This document shows positions 17,886 to 28,308 of a stretch of 42,615 nucleotides of DNA, in pieces (the first letter of the stretch is position 1; the number at the start of each line of letters is the position of its first letter). Source of the stretch: Candidatus Caldarchaeales archaeon (GTDB lineage: Archaea > Thermoproteota > Nitrososphaeria_A > Caldarchaeales > Wolframiiraptoraceae); contig JBCNVN010000008.1 in the NCBI GenBank assembly GCA_039630055.1, positions 1 through 42,615 on the forward strand, read 5' to 3'. The position numbers were made by a program, and so were the translations under genes. A model generated the notes under the pieces. That model did no database searches, was not told the DNA's origin, and worked only from the letters and a program-made list of their open reading frames with translations.

Positions 17886-18635
17886 TTAAGATTTACTTGT
17901 TAAGGGAGTTTTTACATCAATCTTCCTCATTGCTTCAAAGACTATTCTAGCCGCTCTCTCAACCAATTCTCTTAATTCTTCACGTCTATCTAATCTACTC
18001 TTATTGACAAGATTGTCTGTTACAATCAGTAATGCTCCGGTCTTAATTCTATGAATATGTCCTAGAGCGAATATTGTCGAACACTCCATCTCGACCGCTA
18101 TTACACCGGCCCACACCCATCTAGATATGAAATGTTCATCTTCTGCATAGAAAGCATCGCTTGAGACTACTGGACCTACCCGAAAACTTTCGAGACTATT
18201 CCTCGACTCATTCACCAGAGTTTCTAGAACATCAAAAGATGGAACCGACGGTGGAACTATCCCAGGAGTATAAGCTGAGATCGTCCCTGACCCTATATAA
18301 TAGCATGCAGCATTTGGTATTATGAATTCTCCTTCTTTTATATCTGCTAATAGACTTCCCGCTGTGCCCAATCTTATAATAATCTTTGCTCCAAGCATCT
18401 TCAATTCTTCGAAGACTATCGCAGAAGATGGCCCACCTATACCATGACATGCAACTGAGTAGAGATGATTCCTATATCTGCCTGTGTAAACGTTGAACCC
18501 TCTATTGGAGGATACTAGTCTAGCATCTTCTAACATTTCGGCAAGCTGATCTACTCTTCCAGGATCTCCAGCTACTATAACCCTCTCAGCGATGTCTCCA
18601 GGTTTTGCAAGAATATGAACTGGCTCACCCTTCAT
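17886..18635 (-). CDS. Purine nucleoside phosphorylase (DeoD/PNP_UDP family)
   Basis: HI...GDPGR, HGIGGPS, IIRLGTAG, SSDAFY and VEME motifs. Confidence 0.88.
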   Translation of the reverse strand: MKGEPVHILAKPGDIAERVIVAGDPGRVDQLAEMLEDARLVSSNRGFNVYTGRYRNHLYSVACHGIGGPSSAIVFEELKMLGAKIIIRLGTAGSLLADIKEGEFIIPNAACYYIGSGTISAYTPGIVPPSVPSFDVLETLVNESRNSLESFRVGPVVSSDAFYAEDEHFISRWVWAGVIAVEMECSTIFALGHIHRIKTGALLIVTDNLVNKSRLDRREELRELVERAARIVFEAMRKIDVKTPLTSKS

Positions 18636-18675
18636 ATATTAAAGATTATATCTATCTAAGTTTAAACTTTAACAG

Positions 18676-19194
18676 ATGAATTACGCAATATATCATACGC
18701 CTTTCAAAGTAGTTTTAGGATATATCTGGTCTGATAAAGGATTAAGAGAGATGGGCTTCTATCCTGATGAGGAAAGCTTCAAAAATTATCTAAAAAAATT
18801 CTCAGAAGATTTTACATGGAGTAGACTTGTCGACCTAGAAGAAGCTATCGATAAATACTTTAATGGAGAATCTATCTCACTTGACTATAACTTAGATATC
18901 TCTGGAACCAGATTCCAGAAGAAGGTCTGGAGTATTGTTAAAGAGATACCCTATGGTGAGGTTAGAAGCTATAAGTGGATTGCGAGTAGGGTTGGGAACC
19001 CTAAGGCTGCGAGACCTGTGGGGAACGCAGTAGCATCTAACCCGGTCGTCTTAATCATCCCATGCCATAGAGTAATCAGGAGCAATGGTTCTATAGGGAG
19101 ATATGGAGACCTAGATTGGCTGAAGGTTAAACTGTTGAGGCTTGAGAAGGTTAGAGGGGTTGATGAAGATATTAGAGATGGAGAATATTGTTGA
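18676..19194 (+). CDS. ogt: Methylated-DNA--protein-cysteine methyltransferase
   Basis: GTRFQKKVW, IPYGEVRSY, ARPVGNA and the IPCHRV active site. Confidence 0.93.
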   Translation: MNYAIYHTPFKVVLGYIWSDKGLREMGFYPDEESFKNYLKKFSEDFTWSRLVDLEEAIDKYFNGESISLDYNLDISGTRFQKKVWSIVKEIPYGEVRSYKWIASRVGNPKAARPVGNAVASNPVVLIIPCHRVIRSNGSIGRYGDLDWLKVKLLRLEKVRGVDEDIRDGEYC

Positions 19195-19295
19195 TAACAA
19201 AAATCAACTGGAGTGTTTATCTTTTTCATGATCCATATCTATCGGAAAATCTTTCAATGATAAGGTTGACATCATGAATATCCCATTATTAATCT

Positions 19296-21635
19296 TCATC
19301 CCTCCTCGATATTATGCATCGCAACCAGGTCTCTTTTGAAGATCTTCAAGTTTTCAGGTATCTCAATCTTTATCCTATCTTTTAGAGATAGTCTTCTCTC
19401 TTTCTTCCTAGTCCAAACTTCTGAGTTAAACTTGATCAGCTCATCCGTATATTTCACATATCTAGTGGACCAAACTGGCTTTGGAAATCTAGAGAGATGT
19501 ATGCTTTTCTTAGAATATATTCTTCTCCATATCTCATCTGTTATGAAGGGGGTTATCGGTGCGAGTAGAAGCAGTATTACTTTCAAGGATGTGTGGAGGG
19601 TATACCATGCAGCCTTCTGTTCCCCGGGCTTAAATCCCTTTAAGCCGTATGCTCTAGGCTTACTCAACTCTATGTAATGGTCGGCAAAAATATTCCATGT
19701 AAAATGTCTAATCCTAGTAGCGGGGATGAAGAAGTTGAACTCCTTGTATCCCTCTAGACTCTTCCTCACCGCTATAGATAGCTCTGATAAAATCCATCTA
19801 TCTGTAGGAGTAAGCTCAGCCTTCTTAGGAACTGGAAAGCTGGATACATATCTAGCAATATTCCAAAGCTTCGTAATGAATTTTCCAGCATTCTGTATTC
19901 TCTGCTCGGATATTCTAAAATCTTCTCCGAGACTTGCTTCCTGAGCACTCCAAAACCTGAATACATCTGCACCATATCTATCCAATATCGGTATAGGATC
20001 TATCACGTTTCCTTTGCTCTTGCTCATCTTCTGTCCATGCTCATCCAACCCCATACCACCTATCCAGACATGTCTAAAAGGAGGCTTACCAGTTAGCTGA
20101 TAACATCTCAATATAGTATAGTATAACCATGTTCTAACTATATCTTTACCTTGAGGTCTTATACCATTAGGATAAGTCGCTTTAAAGAATCTTCTATCTT
20201 TCATGTATCTTGATATATATAGGGGAATTCTTATGCTCGAGTCCATCCACGTATCAAATGTCCTCGACTCACCGATGAATTCCTTATTCCCACATTTTGA
20301 ACACTTCTGGAATGGCGGTTGCTCCTTCCACGGTCTATAGTATCTTCCAGGCTCAGGTAGGTGGGGCTCACCACATCTTGAACAATACCATACAGGTATC
20401 TCGGTACCATAATATCTCCTCCTACTTATCGGCCAATCTATTCTAAGAGAGTTTATCCAGTCTATCAGGAGTCGTTTATGACTCGATGGATGAAAACTCA
20501 TTTTATCTATTAAATTCAATAGTTTATCAACCATGTCCAACTGTTTTAAGTAGTATTCTTTCATCGGAATGATCTCTATAGGCGTCTTGCTCCTTTCACA
20601 GATAGGCGTCCTATGAATTATATCTTCTATCTTCGTTACCAATCCTGCTTCTTCAAGATCCTTAATAATATTTGCCCTTGCTTCCATTATGCTCATATTG
20701 GAATATTTTCCCGCAGAATCAGTCATCCTCCCATCTTCCCCAACTGCTATAACTTCCTCTAATCCCAATTCTCTAAAGAGTAGGACATCAGTATAATCGC
20801 CGTAACTACAGACCATGACTGCACCGGTTCCGTACTCTGGTTTAGCTGCAGGATGGGGTATTATATCCACTATATGACCGTATATCGGGACTATTGCATG
20901 CTTCCAATGTAAGTCTAAATATCTTTGATCTCCTGGATTAACTATAACCGCTCTACATGAGGCTAAGAGTTCAGGTCTAGTTGTCGCTATTATCAAATCA
21001 CTATGATCTTCTGCTACTTTGAATTTTATGTAAACGAGTTTAGTGGGAATTTCTTCATAATCTACCTCAGCATCTGCAAGGGTTGTGCCGCATTCCCAGC
21101 AATAGTTGTTTGGTCGAGTTGCGGTATAGATCAAACCTCTCTTCCAAAGTTTTATAAATGTTGCTTGAGTAAGCTTACGATAATCTTCTGAATCTGTTCT
21201 ATAGTAATGCTCAAAGTCTCCACTAAGACCCATCCTCTTCATGATCCATATCATCTCAGATTCTAGGTCATCCAGTGCATGGCTGCATATCTCAACGAAC
21301 TTGTCTCTAGGACTACTTCTCATATCGATCTTATAGGTTCTCTCCACGTATAGTTCAACTGGTAAACCATTTCTATCTATGCCTATCGGAAAATATACTT
21401 CATAATCGTTCATCCTGGCAGTCCTAGCAATCATATCTATCTGAGAATACTGTGCAGCTGCTCCAATATGCCAAGGTCTACCACTTGGGTATGGTGGAGG
21501 AGTATCTATCACGAAGCATCGTTTCTTCGCTTTTAACTTAAATTTGAATATGCCTTCTTTCTCCCATAGATTATAGAGGTCTATTTCTCTCTTAATGTTC
21601 CATCTCGCCTCTTCAATCTTCGGAGTAAACTCCAC
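19296..21635 (-). CDS. valS: Valine--tRNA ligase
   Basis: DTPPPYPSG, HIGA (HIGH variant), ATTRPE editing domain, DWPISR, DTWMDSS, RPQGKDI and KMSKS. Confidence 0.93.
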   Translation of the reverse strand: MEFTPKIEEARWNIKREIDLYNLWEKEGIFKFKLKAKKRCFVIDTPPPYPSGRPWHIGAAAQYSQIDMIARTARMNDYEVYFPIGIDRNGLPVELYVERTYKIDMRSSPRDKFVEICSHALDDLESEMIWIMKRMGLSGDFEHYYRTDSEDYRKLTQATFIKLWKRGLIYTATRPNNYCWECGTTLADAEVDYEEIPTKLVYIKFKVAEDHSDLIIATTRPELLASCRAVIVNPGDQRYLDLHWKHAIVPIYGHIVDIIPHPAAKPEYGTGAVMVCSYGDYTDVLLFRELGLEEVIAVGEDGRMTDSAGKYSNMSIMEARANIIKDLEEAGLVTKIEDIIHRTPICERSKTPIEIIPMKEYYLKQLDMVDKLLNLIDKMSFHPSSHKRLLIDWINSLRIDWPISRRRYYGTEIPVWYCSRCGEPHLPEPGRYYRPWKEQPPFQKCSKCGNKEFIGESRTFDTWMDSSIRIPLYISRYMKDRRFFKATYPNGIRPQGKDIVRTWLYYTILRCYQLTGKPPFRHVWIGGMGLDEHGQKMSKSKGNVIDPIPILDRYGADVFRFWSAQEASLGEDFRISEQRIQNAGKFITKLWNIARYVSSFPVPKKAELTPTDRWILSELSIAVRKSLEGYKEFNFFIPATRIRHFTWNIFADHYIELSKPRAYGLKGFKPGEQKAAWYTLHTSLKVILLLLAPITPFITDEIWRRIYSKKSIHLSRFPKPVWSTRYVKYTDELIKFNSEVWTRKKERRLSLKDRIKIEIPENLKIFKRDLVAMHNIEEG

Positions 21636-21987
21636 TTTATCTTCCCTCTCAGATCACTTCAATAACCTCTAGTTAATAAAGAATATGAGTTCAAGGAATG
21701 TGGGTGATTTGGTAGAGAGATTGATTACTATTAAGCTCATCTTCCATAATAAAATGCAGGTCAGGTCTGCTTAACTAATTCTCTATCTTCATTCTAGCCT
21801 TTAAGGCAAATAATTTTTAATTTTACTTTCCACATTGATAATCCATATCTCTACTTCGGGATCATCTAATCTTCCTATAAGGAAGCTTTGAAAAAGTTCT
21901 AGAAATCATAAGACTCTAGATTTTACAGGATATTATATCAGACTAACCTTGCATCTTAAATAAAACAAAAATATATGGGGATGATTT

Positions 21988-22293
21988 TTATATCCCTAAT
22001 TTATCGAGCTTCTTTCTAACTTTTTCTAGAGACTCGGTTCTTAGAGGCTTTATAGACTCTGGAGTTTCATATTCTACTGTTTTCCTCTTTACGAATAGCC
22101 CGCACCTCCCATCTGGAAGCATCTTTACTTGAATACATTGTGAATATGGGCATCTAAAGCCTATGCATGGTCCATTTACCCAGTTACACCAGGGAGGATT
22201 TCTCCTGAAGTCTAGAACCTTTTTCCCACATCTGAAGAATCTACAGAGAGGATTGCATATCTCGGTGGGCTCTCTGCTTAGAATCCATTCCAA
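21988..22293 (-). CDS. Small Cys-rich hypothetical protein (probable metal binding)
   Basis: Eight Cys (CxxxCxxxxC...WCxxxxxxCxxxxCxxxxC...DGRC) and a GGTGA SD upstream of the TTG start. Confidence 0.75.
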   Translation of the reverse strand: MEWILSREPTEICNPLCRFFRCGKKVLDFRRNPPWCNWVNGPCIGFRCPYSQCIQVKMLPDGRCGLFVKRKTVEYETPESIKPLRTESLEKVRKKLDKLGI

Positions 22294-22339
22294 CGCTTGT
22301 TCACCTATAATGCTGTTGCTCTCAATGATTATTTTATGT

Positions 22340-24088
22340 CTACTTGGTTATTAATCTTCTCTTTTTACTTTCCCTATATATGATGATAATACCTATGAAG
22401 ATTATTATGGAAGATACTACTATCGATACCGCTAATGCAATAATCTCTAAAGGTATGAGGACTCCAAGAAACTCTATATAGCTGTCTAGCCTTACGGTTT
22501 TCAGTGCTGGACCATTAACTAGTATAGTCTCCCTCAAGATTAAAGAACCTGAAGACTTGATGTCGATCGTTAAATAGCCTGCGTATGGGAGAGTGAAATT
22601 GGAGAGAAGCTTCATGGGGCCATCATAAATTTCTTCTCCACCTAGACTGATTTTTACCTCTATATTCTTTACAATATTTCCAATTGCATCTAAAACTTGT
22701 AGTCTAAGTGGAAAGTTCATACTCTTTATGTCTAGAATCAAATTCTTGTCCTGTATGTTTATAATGTCTTTATATTTCACTATACCGTCTTTTGCAACTT
22801 GGACATCATATCTTCCAGGGAACATCTTTAAATCAATTTTACCATTATCATCCGTTACTCCAGAGTATTTTTCTCCAGAGTCAAGGTCTATGAGAGTTAT
22901 TGTATGGCCTGCTACCGGTTCACCAGTATAATCTCTCAATAAAATCTCTACAATCGACCTCGCAATCTTTAATTCTACGGTTGTCTTAGCTGAGGAGACT
23001 TCGATAGTCTTCTCCTCCATCTTCTTATCTAGCCTATAGAGTTGTATTATGTATTCTCCAGCTTGAGATAGCCCAGTGCTGGTAGGTATATTTAAGAAGA
23101 TTGCTTTCCCTCTTTCATCAGTATTGCTTCTCATAAAGTTTTTAGACCTATTATTGCTTAATGAGACTAGCGCATCTTTCACTGGCCTATCTTCCTCATC
23201 TAATACTACTACTTCAAGTCTTGCGAGCTGCAATACTAGGTCGAGTGATTGGGAAGCTGATAGACTTCTCTTGGTATAGTAGACATTATACTCTACTCCT
23301 CCGACCGTATATGTTACATTAAGGGTGTATTCTCTTATCCATTCAATATCTGATGAAGGTATCTGATTGATGACAGCGGTACCCTTCTCCGCCTTGACGA
23401 TTCTACTAAAGTTTCCTGCCTTCAACCTAATGGTTGTCTTACCTACTAATTCTCCTTCCATATTCAAGGTCGTGATATTCAGATTTATGAGGGGGAGGAT
23501 GTATTCAAGAGTTTGTTTAGGCTTGTCAACAGCTAGGTCGGATGAAGTGAATATTGTATAGCCTTCCACTACTATCTTTATATTGTATCCCTTGATATCG
23601 TTTAGAGAAGAATATGGGATCTTAGAGAATGTTATATCTCCACCACTATCTGTCGTTCCACTATATTCTACCAGTCCAGTAGAGCTTACAAGCCTCACTT
23701 CTGCAGAGGGCACAGGTCTCTTATCCATATCCTTCAGACTTATCTTTAAGTCAGAGATGTTAGCTACGATCACTAGGTTCAATGTTGTGGGGAAATTCAC
23801 TCTACTCTCGGCCACGATCACTTGGTTAAGCTTCGCTCTAACGGTATATTCTCCTGCATCTAGTCCGCTAAAAACCGCATAACCAGTTGTATTCGTTACA
23901 AACCTATAGGTCTCCGAATCCTTTACTAAGACTACCTCTATCTTCTCTAATGGTGTACCTAGAGGATCTAGGACTCTTACTATTAGGTCGGGAGACTGAG
24001 AATCTACAGATCCATGATATAAAGCTGTCAAAATTAAAACTATAAACATGGCTGGTAGAAGTCTTTTCTCAAAGTATCTCTCGAACAT
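22340..24088 (-). CDS. Secreted, C-terminally anchored surface protein with tandem carboxypeptidase-regulatory-like/Ig-like beta domains
   Basis: Signal peptide-like N-terminus, repeated units (V.V.D..G.P...V.L...T...G...F....G.Y.V) and a C-terminal TM helix followed by KKRR. Confidence 0.75.
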   Translation of the reverse strand: MFERYFEKRLLPAMFIVLILTALYHGSVDSQSPDLIVRVLDPLGTPLEKIEVVLVKDSETYRFVTNTTGYAVFSGLDAGEYTVRAKLNQVIVAESRVNFPTTLNLVIVANISDLKISLKDMDKRPVPSAEVRLVSSTGLVEYSGTTDSGGDITFSKIPYSSLNDIKGYNIKIVVEGYTIFTSSDLAVDKPKQTLEYILPLINLNITTLNMEGELVGKTTIRLKAGNFSRIVKAEKGTAVINQIPSSDIEWIREYTLNVTYTVGGVEYNVYYTKRSLSASQSLDLVLQLARLEVVVLDEEDRPVKDALVSLSNNRSKNFMRSNTDERGKAIFLNIPTSTGLSQAGEYIIQLYRLDKKMEEKTIEVSSAKTTVELKIARSIVEILLRDYTGEPVAGHTITLIDLDSGEKYSGVTDDNGKIDLKMFPGRYDVQVAKDGIVKYKDIINIQDKNLILDIKSMNFPLRLQVLDAIGNIVKNIEVKISLGGEEIYDGPMKLLSNFTLPYAGYLTIDIKSSGSLILRETILVNGPALKTVRLDSYIEFLGVLIPLEIIALAVSIVVSSIIIFIGIIIIYRESKKRRLITK

Positions 24089-24123
24089 ATCAAATTTTCA
24101 CCATCGCATTTTTCCTATATATG

Positions 24124-24570
24124 TTAACCCCTTATCTTATATAGCTGAGTTAGATAGATGTGTGCAGCCTCTAAAACATTTCTAGCAGTCTTAAATGTAA
24201 GCTTTCTCATAGCTTCTGGATATTCTAGCCAGATGTATCCTTTGTGCTCGTAAGAGAGTCTTACTTCTTTCGTAGCGGACCTCGCAAGATAGAAGATAAC
24301 TTCTTTTCTCACTAGTTCACCGAGTTTCTTATAAAAATAAGTGATCTCTTTTCTAAAGTTTGGGATTATTTCAACATTATCTATACCAGTCTCCTCCCAG
24401 ACCTCTCTCCTAACAGTATCTATCTCGTGTTCTCCAGACTCGATTGCACCTTTGGGGAAATCCCAGTGACCAGCATCATAATGTAGTAGCAGATACTCTA
24501 TCCGAGTATTCAGATTGGATAAATGATACACTACCGCTCCTGCAGACCTCTCCCTGATCATCTCTAACAC
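24124..24570 (-). CDS. NUDIX hydrolase (Ap4A hydrolase-like)
   Basis: SAGAVV, GHWDFPKG, NUDIX box GxxExGExxxxTVRREVWEETGI and LSYEHKGYIW. Confidence 0.88.
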   Translation of the reverse strand: MLEMIRERSAGAVVYHLSNLNTRIEYLLLHYDAGHWDFPKGAIESGEHEIDTVRREVWEETGIDNVEIIPNFRKEITYFYKKLGELVRKEVIFYLARSATKEVRLSYEHKGYIWLEYPEAMRKLTFKTARNVLEAAHIYLTQLYKIRG

Positions 24571-25076
24571 CGTCTAAAACCCTAACATATATAAATGAGG
24601 GGGACTTAAATAAATATATCTAGGGCTTTGAAATACTCTTTTCAAGATATAGTGGAATAAGCATATCTAAAGGTTCTCTAGAATATATGTGTATGACGAT
24701 TAGGTAATCCTACTTCGAATTTAGACGAGTATCAAGATATAAAAGGGCTGGGAAAGGTTATAATTATTGAGATGGGGAAAGCAATAGGTTAAAGATTTAT
24801 TTTTTGCTCGAAGATCATCATGATTTAATATCTCTTTCTTTTCATGCTCTCGATGATCTATGGAGGTCTAGCCTACCATGAATCTCCTGTTAAGCATTTT
24901 AAAGACCTTAATTAATCTGGTGCTTGTGGATGAATATTATTTGAGATCGATGAGGATAGATGAAAGATTATTCTCGATATAGATCTGGTGAATCTATATA
25001 TCGATTCATCGAGATGATGGGCTTCGGTTGAAGCTTAATCGTAAGCTTTTGTACAATACATCATAGTATATAAGTT

Positions 25077-25152
25077 TAGCGGGGGTTGGATTTGAACCAA
25101 CGCTCTCCGGGTTATGAGCCCGGCGGGTTCGCCCTGGCTACCCTACCCCGCT
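25077..25152 (-). tRNA. tRNA-Met(CAT), initiator; intronless, CCA not encoded
   Basis: AGCGGGG/CCCCGCT acceptor stem with A1-U72, anticodon arm CCGGG-CTCATAA-CCCGG with three consecutive G-C pairs, and T arm GTTGG-TTCAAAT-CCAAC. Confidence 0.95.
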
Positions 25153-25213
25153 TTCTTCTCCATTATCTATATTATGTGTTAGGTCTTAATATAGGTTACA
25201 TCTTTAAGCAGAA

Positions 25214-26107
25214 TTAGATCCAAGTCTTCTTCAATAATCTGTAAAATTCTCTTCTACATTCTTCATAGCTCATCTCATCCACCTCATCTATTATCTTAAG
25301 TTCTTCTATCAAGTGGGGAAAGAGGACCTCGGATGTTGGCTCTTTCTCATCTCTACTTATTAAGAGTTGATATATTATAGATTGAGCAGCTTTCAATCTC
25401 TCTTCATCTCCCAGTTCTCTCTCCGTAATGTATGCTTTAGTTAAAATATCTCCAGGATTTTCCAAGTATCTTGAATTTAGTATCTTACAAGCCTTCTCCA
25501 CCAGGTTTATCGTGGATACTCTTACCCCCTTCTCCTCTAAGTAGACTGGTAGGAGAATATGCATGTATCCAGCTTCCACCACCACTCTATCATCCAGCCG
25601 TGAAGCTGCAACCGCTTCAGCTCTCATAAGATCTCTCAACTTAAATCTCCGAGCATCTTTCTTGGAAAATTCTATAACTTTATTCACTAACCCATTAAAT
25701 TCTCCTTTCATGAATTCTTCTTGATATTCTATGAGTGCTCTAACAACCTCTTTCTCTATTTCTAGAACCCTCTTAACATTAGGATCTAAGATATATTCTT
25801 CAAATTTTCCAGTTTCTATTGATTGATAGATCTTCTCCATAATCGTAAGGTATGGCTCGATCTGGATGATCTCTACACCCTTACTATGTAATTTCTTCAT
25901 TAAGAGGGCTTGATGCACCGCATATAGGGGGAAACCTGTATTAGAAAGTTTAACATATTCCTCTAAGCTGATATATCCGTTTAAGAAATTTTTCAGATTC
26001 TCATCATCAGGCTCCTCCAATACGAGTGTGTGATATCCTTTAATCTCTTCTTCAAGGAGCTTCAAGAACTCTACTCTATGGGCTAAAAAGACTACTTTAA
26101 CATCCAT
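25214..26107 (-). CDS. Hypothetical protein
   Basis: 297-aa ORF with LVLEEP and VVEAGYMH motifs. Family not confidently recognised. Confidence 0.75.
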   Translation of the reverse strand: MDVKVVFLAHRVEFLKLLEEEIKGYHTLVLEEPDDENLKNFLNGYISLEEYVKLSNTGFPLYAVHQALLMKKLHSKGVEIIQIEPYLTIMEKIYQSIETGKFEEYILDPNVKRVLEIEKEVVRALIEYQEEFMKGEFNGLVNKVIEFSKKDARRFKLRDLMRAEAVAASRLDDRVVVEAGYMHILLPVYLEEKGVRVSTINLVEKACKILNSRYLENPGDILTKAYITERELGDEERLKAAQSIIYQLLISRDEKEPTSEVLFPHLIEELKIIDEVDEMSYEECRREFYRLLKKTWI

Positions 26108-26241
26108 AAAACTTCATCTAAGCTATCTATACGATGAAGGAGAAGTTATTAATTCTTTAGAGTTTACTAAACATGCTGGACCTCTTCCCTATAACTATCT
26201 AGTTTAAATCTTTAAAGATACTTGAAGTGATCTAGATAGGG

Positions 26242-27513
26242 ATGGTAAAGACTGTCTGGATAGGTGTAGATGATACAGACTCTAAGAAGGCTGGATGTAC
26301 AACCTACGTAGGGGCGCTGATAATTAGAAGGATAGAGAGCCTTGGCTACAGGTTACTCAGCCATCCTAGACTTATTAGGCTTAACCCGAATTGCCCATAC
26401 AAGACTAGGGGTAATGCGGCCATAGCCTTAACGGTTGAAGTAGATAAACTTGAGATCCTTGAAGACATAGTTATCAAGACAGTTGAGGAATACGCTGAGC
26501 TGGAGGCTGAGGGCACCAACCCTGGAGTTGCTCTACTCATGGGAGAGCCGAGTACAGAGTTGAGAAACTATTATTGGCATACGGTGAGAGAGCTATCATC
26601 TATCGATGAAGCTATGAGGGTTGCCAACTATATTGGTGCCAAGCTATATAGATGGAAGAGTGGTAGAGGAATTATCGGAGCACTATCAGCTATAGGCGCT
26701 GACCTATCGAGGGATAGAACCTATGAATTGATAGCTCATCGGAGGAGAGATTACTGGGGGACGGTTAGACAGGTCGATCCCAACAGCGTATGGGATATGG
26801 ATAGAGCTACTTATCCGTTGACATTCGATAACATCGATATAGATACTGGTGAGATTAGGATCACGCCTCATACACCATGCCCAGTATTGCTCGGTATAAG
26901 GGGGGTTACGCCGGATATCGTTGAAGAAGCTTACAAGATGCTCAAGATATATGAGCCAGTAGAATTCTATACGATTTTTGAGACAAATCAAGGTACAGAT
27001 GCTCATCTACAATTAATGAAGATAAAGGAAGTTAAAGAGGGTGTATCAGCTATAATTAACTGTAAGGTAAAATCTAAACCAGTGTATAGTGCTGGAGGCC
27101 ACGTATTCTTCAAGCTGGAAGATGAGACAGGCGAGATAACTTGTGCAGTATATGAGCCTACGAAAAAATTTAGACACATAGTGGTAAAACTTGAGCCTGG
27201 TGATGAGGTCACAGTCTATGGAGGAGTAAAGATGAAGCCTCAAGGCCTCACACTCAACTTAGAAAAGATACATATTAGATCCTTGGTAAAGATCTTTGTT
27301 ACAAAAACTCCGAGATGTAAAATTTGTGGAAGAAAGATGGAGAGAGTGGGAAGATCTGGTTATCTTTGTAAAGTTTGTAAGATTTCTTCAATGTGGCCAG
27401 AGGTAGTAGAAGTTGAGAGGGATATCTCTCCAGGATTTTACGAGGTTCCTCCATCTGCACGGAGACATCTGTCTAGACCCCTAGCTCTCGCCGCTAACCA
27501 CCAGCATAGTTAG
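26242..27513 (+). CDS. tiaS: tRNA(Ile2)-agmatinylcytidine synthase
   Basis: IGVDDTDS..GCTT, PRLIRLNPNCPYKTRGNAA, PHTPCPVLLGIRG, TNQGTDAHL, OB fold, C-terminal Zn ribbon and RRHLSRP. Confidence 0.95.
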   Translation: MVKTVWIGVDDTDSKKAGCTTYVGALIIRRIESLGYRLLSHPRLIRLNPNCPYKTRGNAAIALTVEVDKLEILEDIVIKTVEEYAELEAEGTNPGVALLMGEPSTELRNYYWHTVRELSSIDEAMRVANYIGAKLYRWKSGRGIIGALSAIGADLSRDRTYELIAHRRRDYWGTVRQVDPNSVWDMDRATYPLTFDNIDIDTGEIRITPHTPCPVLLGIRGVTPDIVEEAYKMLKIYEPVEFYTIFETNQGTDAHLQLMKIKEVKEGVSAIINCKVKSKPVYSAGGHVFFKLEDETGEITCAVYEPTKKFRHIVVKLEPGDEVTVYGGVKMKPQGLTLNLEKIHIRSLVKIFVTKTPRCKICGRKMERVGRSGYLCKVCKISSMWPEVVEVERDISPGFYEVPPSARRHLSRPLALAANHQHS

Positions 27514-27720
27514 AGTACTTCTAACCTTGTCCAATCGCCTTATCTTCCACGATATTATCTCCTTTAACTTATCCATACTATCTGCTTCAACCTTTGCTAT
27601 GATATCGTATACTCCATAGACTACATAGGCTTCTTTTACATTTACTATCTTCTTCAATTCTTGGAGTATCTCTTCCTCCGCACCTATCTCCGTATTTATT
27701 AAAACGAACGCTGAAGGCAT
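27481..27720 (-). CDS. Lrp/AsnC ligand-binding domain protein, no HTH
   Basis: AFVLINTEIG, VYGVYDIIAKVE and VRSTLTM. Confidence 0.9.
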   Translation of the reverse strand: MPSAFVLINTEIGAEEEILQELKKIVNVKEAYVVYGVYDIIAKVEADSMDKLKEIISWKIRRLDKVRSTLTMLVVSGES

Positions 27721-27852
27721 ACAATTTCAATATCTAAGGCGGTAAATAAAGACTTCTAATATTGATTAGCCTAGAAGTCTAAATGATGACGAATTTCTAT
27801 CGACTGGATGTTTTTGGTCAAGATATAGATCTATAGACCTATCCCTCGAAGA

Positions 27853-28239
27853 TCATTCTTCTCTATATGCAATTACATCTATTTCTACTAGTGCTTCATC
27901 GAGAGGTGGAGGAGCAACAACAGATGTTCTAGACGGTTTATGGTCTCTAAAGAATTCTCCATATACTTTATTTAGAGTCTTGAAATATTCTGAACTCTTC
28001 AAATACACGTTTACCTTGACTACATCTTGTAGACTATATCCAGCTGCCTCCAGTATTGCTTCTACGTTTTGAAGAGCCTTCCTAGCCTGTTCTTCGAATC
28101 CACCTTCAACCAGCTTTCCAGTAACTGCGTCTATCCCTAGCTGTCCAGAGACGAAAAGAAAGCCACCACATCTAATTGCTTGAGAATATGGAGCCACAGG
28201 TTTAGGAGCCTTCTCTGTAGTTATTACCTCTCTAACCAT
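27853..28239 (-). CDS. ridA: RidA/YjgF family deaminase
   Basis: APKPVAPYSQA, FVSGQLG, VVKVNVYL, KPSRT and LVEIDVIA. Confidence 0.9.
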   Translation of the reverse strand: MVREVITTEKAPKPVAPYSQAIRCGGFLFVSGQLGIDAVTGKLVEGGFEEQARKALQNVEAILEAAGYSLQDVVKVNVYLKSSEYFKTLNKVYGEFFRDHKPSRTSVVAPPPLDEALVEIDVIAYREE

Positions 28240-28308
28240 CTCATCCGAACATTGTCTATCAATAGATAAAGCTTTTTACTAAGCTTCTAGAGAGTATAAG
28301 TCTCGAAG

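Noticed and set aside
20221-20250. ValRS DTWMDSSIRIPL appears one residue longer than the usual DSSISPL, and HIGH reads HIGA
   Set aside because: Frame is preserved and all other motifs are intact. Minor variation, with no evidence of an intron or intein.
21636-21987. 350-bp gap upstream of valS as a T-box-like leader or small gene
   Set aside because: No recognisable structure. Only a 29-codon ORF without support, and T-boxes are bacterial.
24571-25076. 500-bp gap downstream of tRNA-iMet as an integrated element or att site
   Set aside because: No integrase, no duplicated tRNA 3' end seen in the window, and only very short ORFs.
27782-27840. ATGATGA perfect C box as a second C/D sRNA
   Set aside because: No CTGA D box or D'/C' pair at the appropriate distance.
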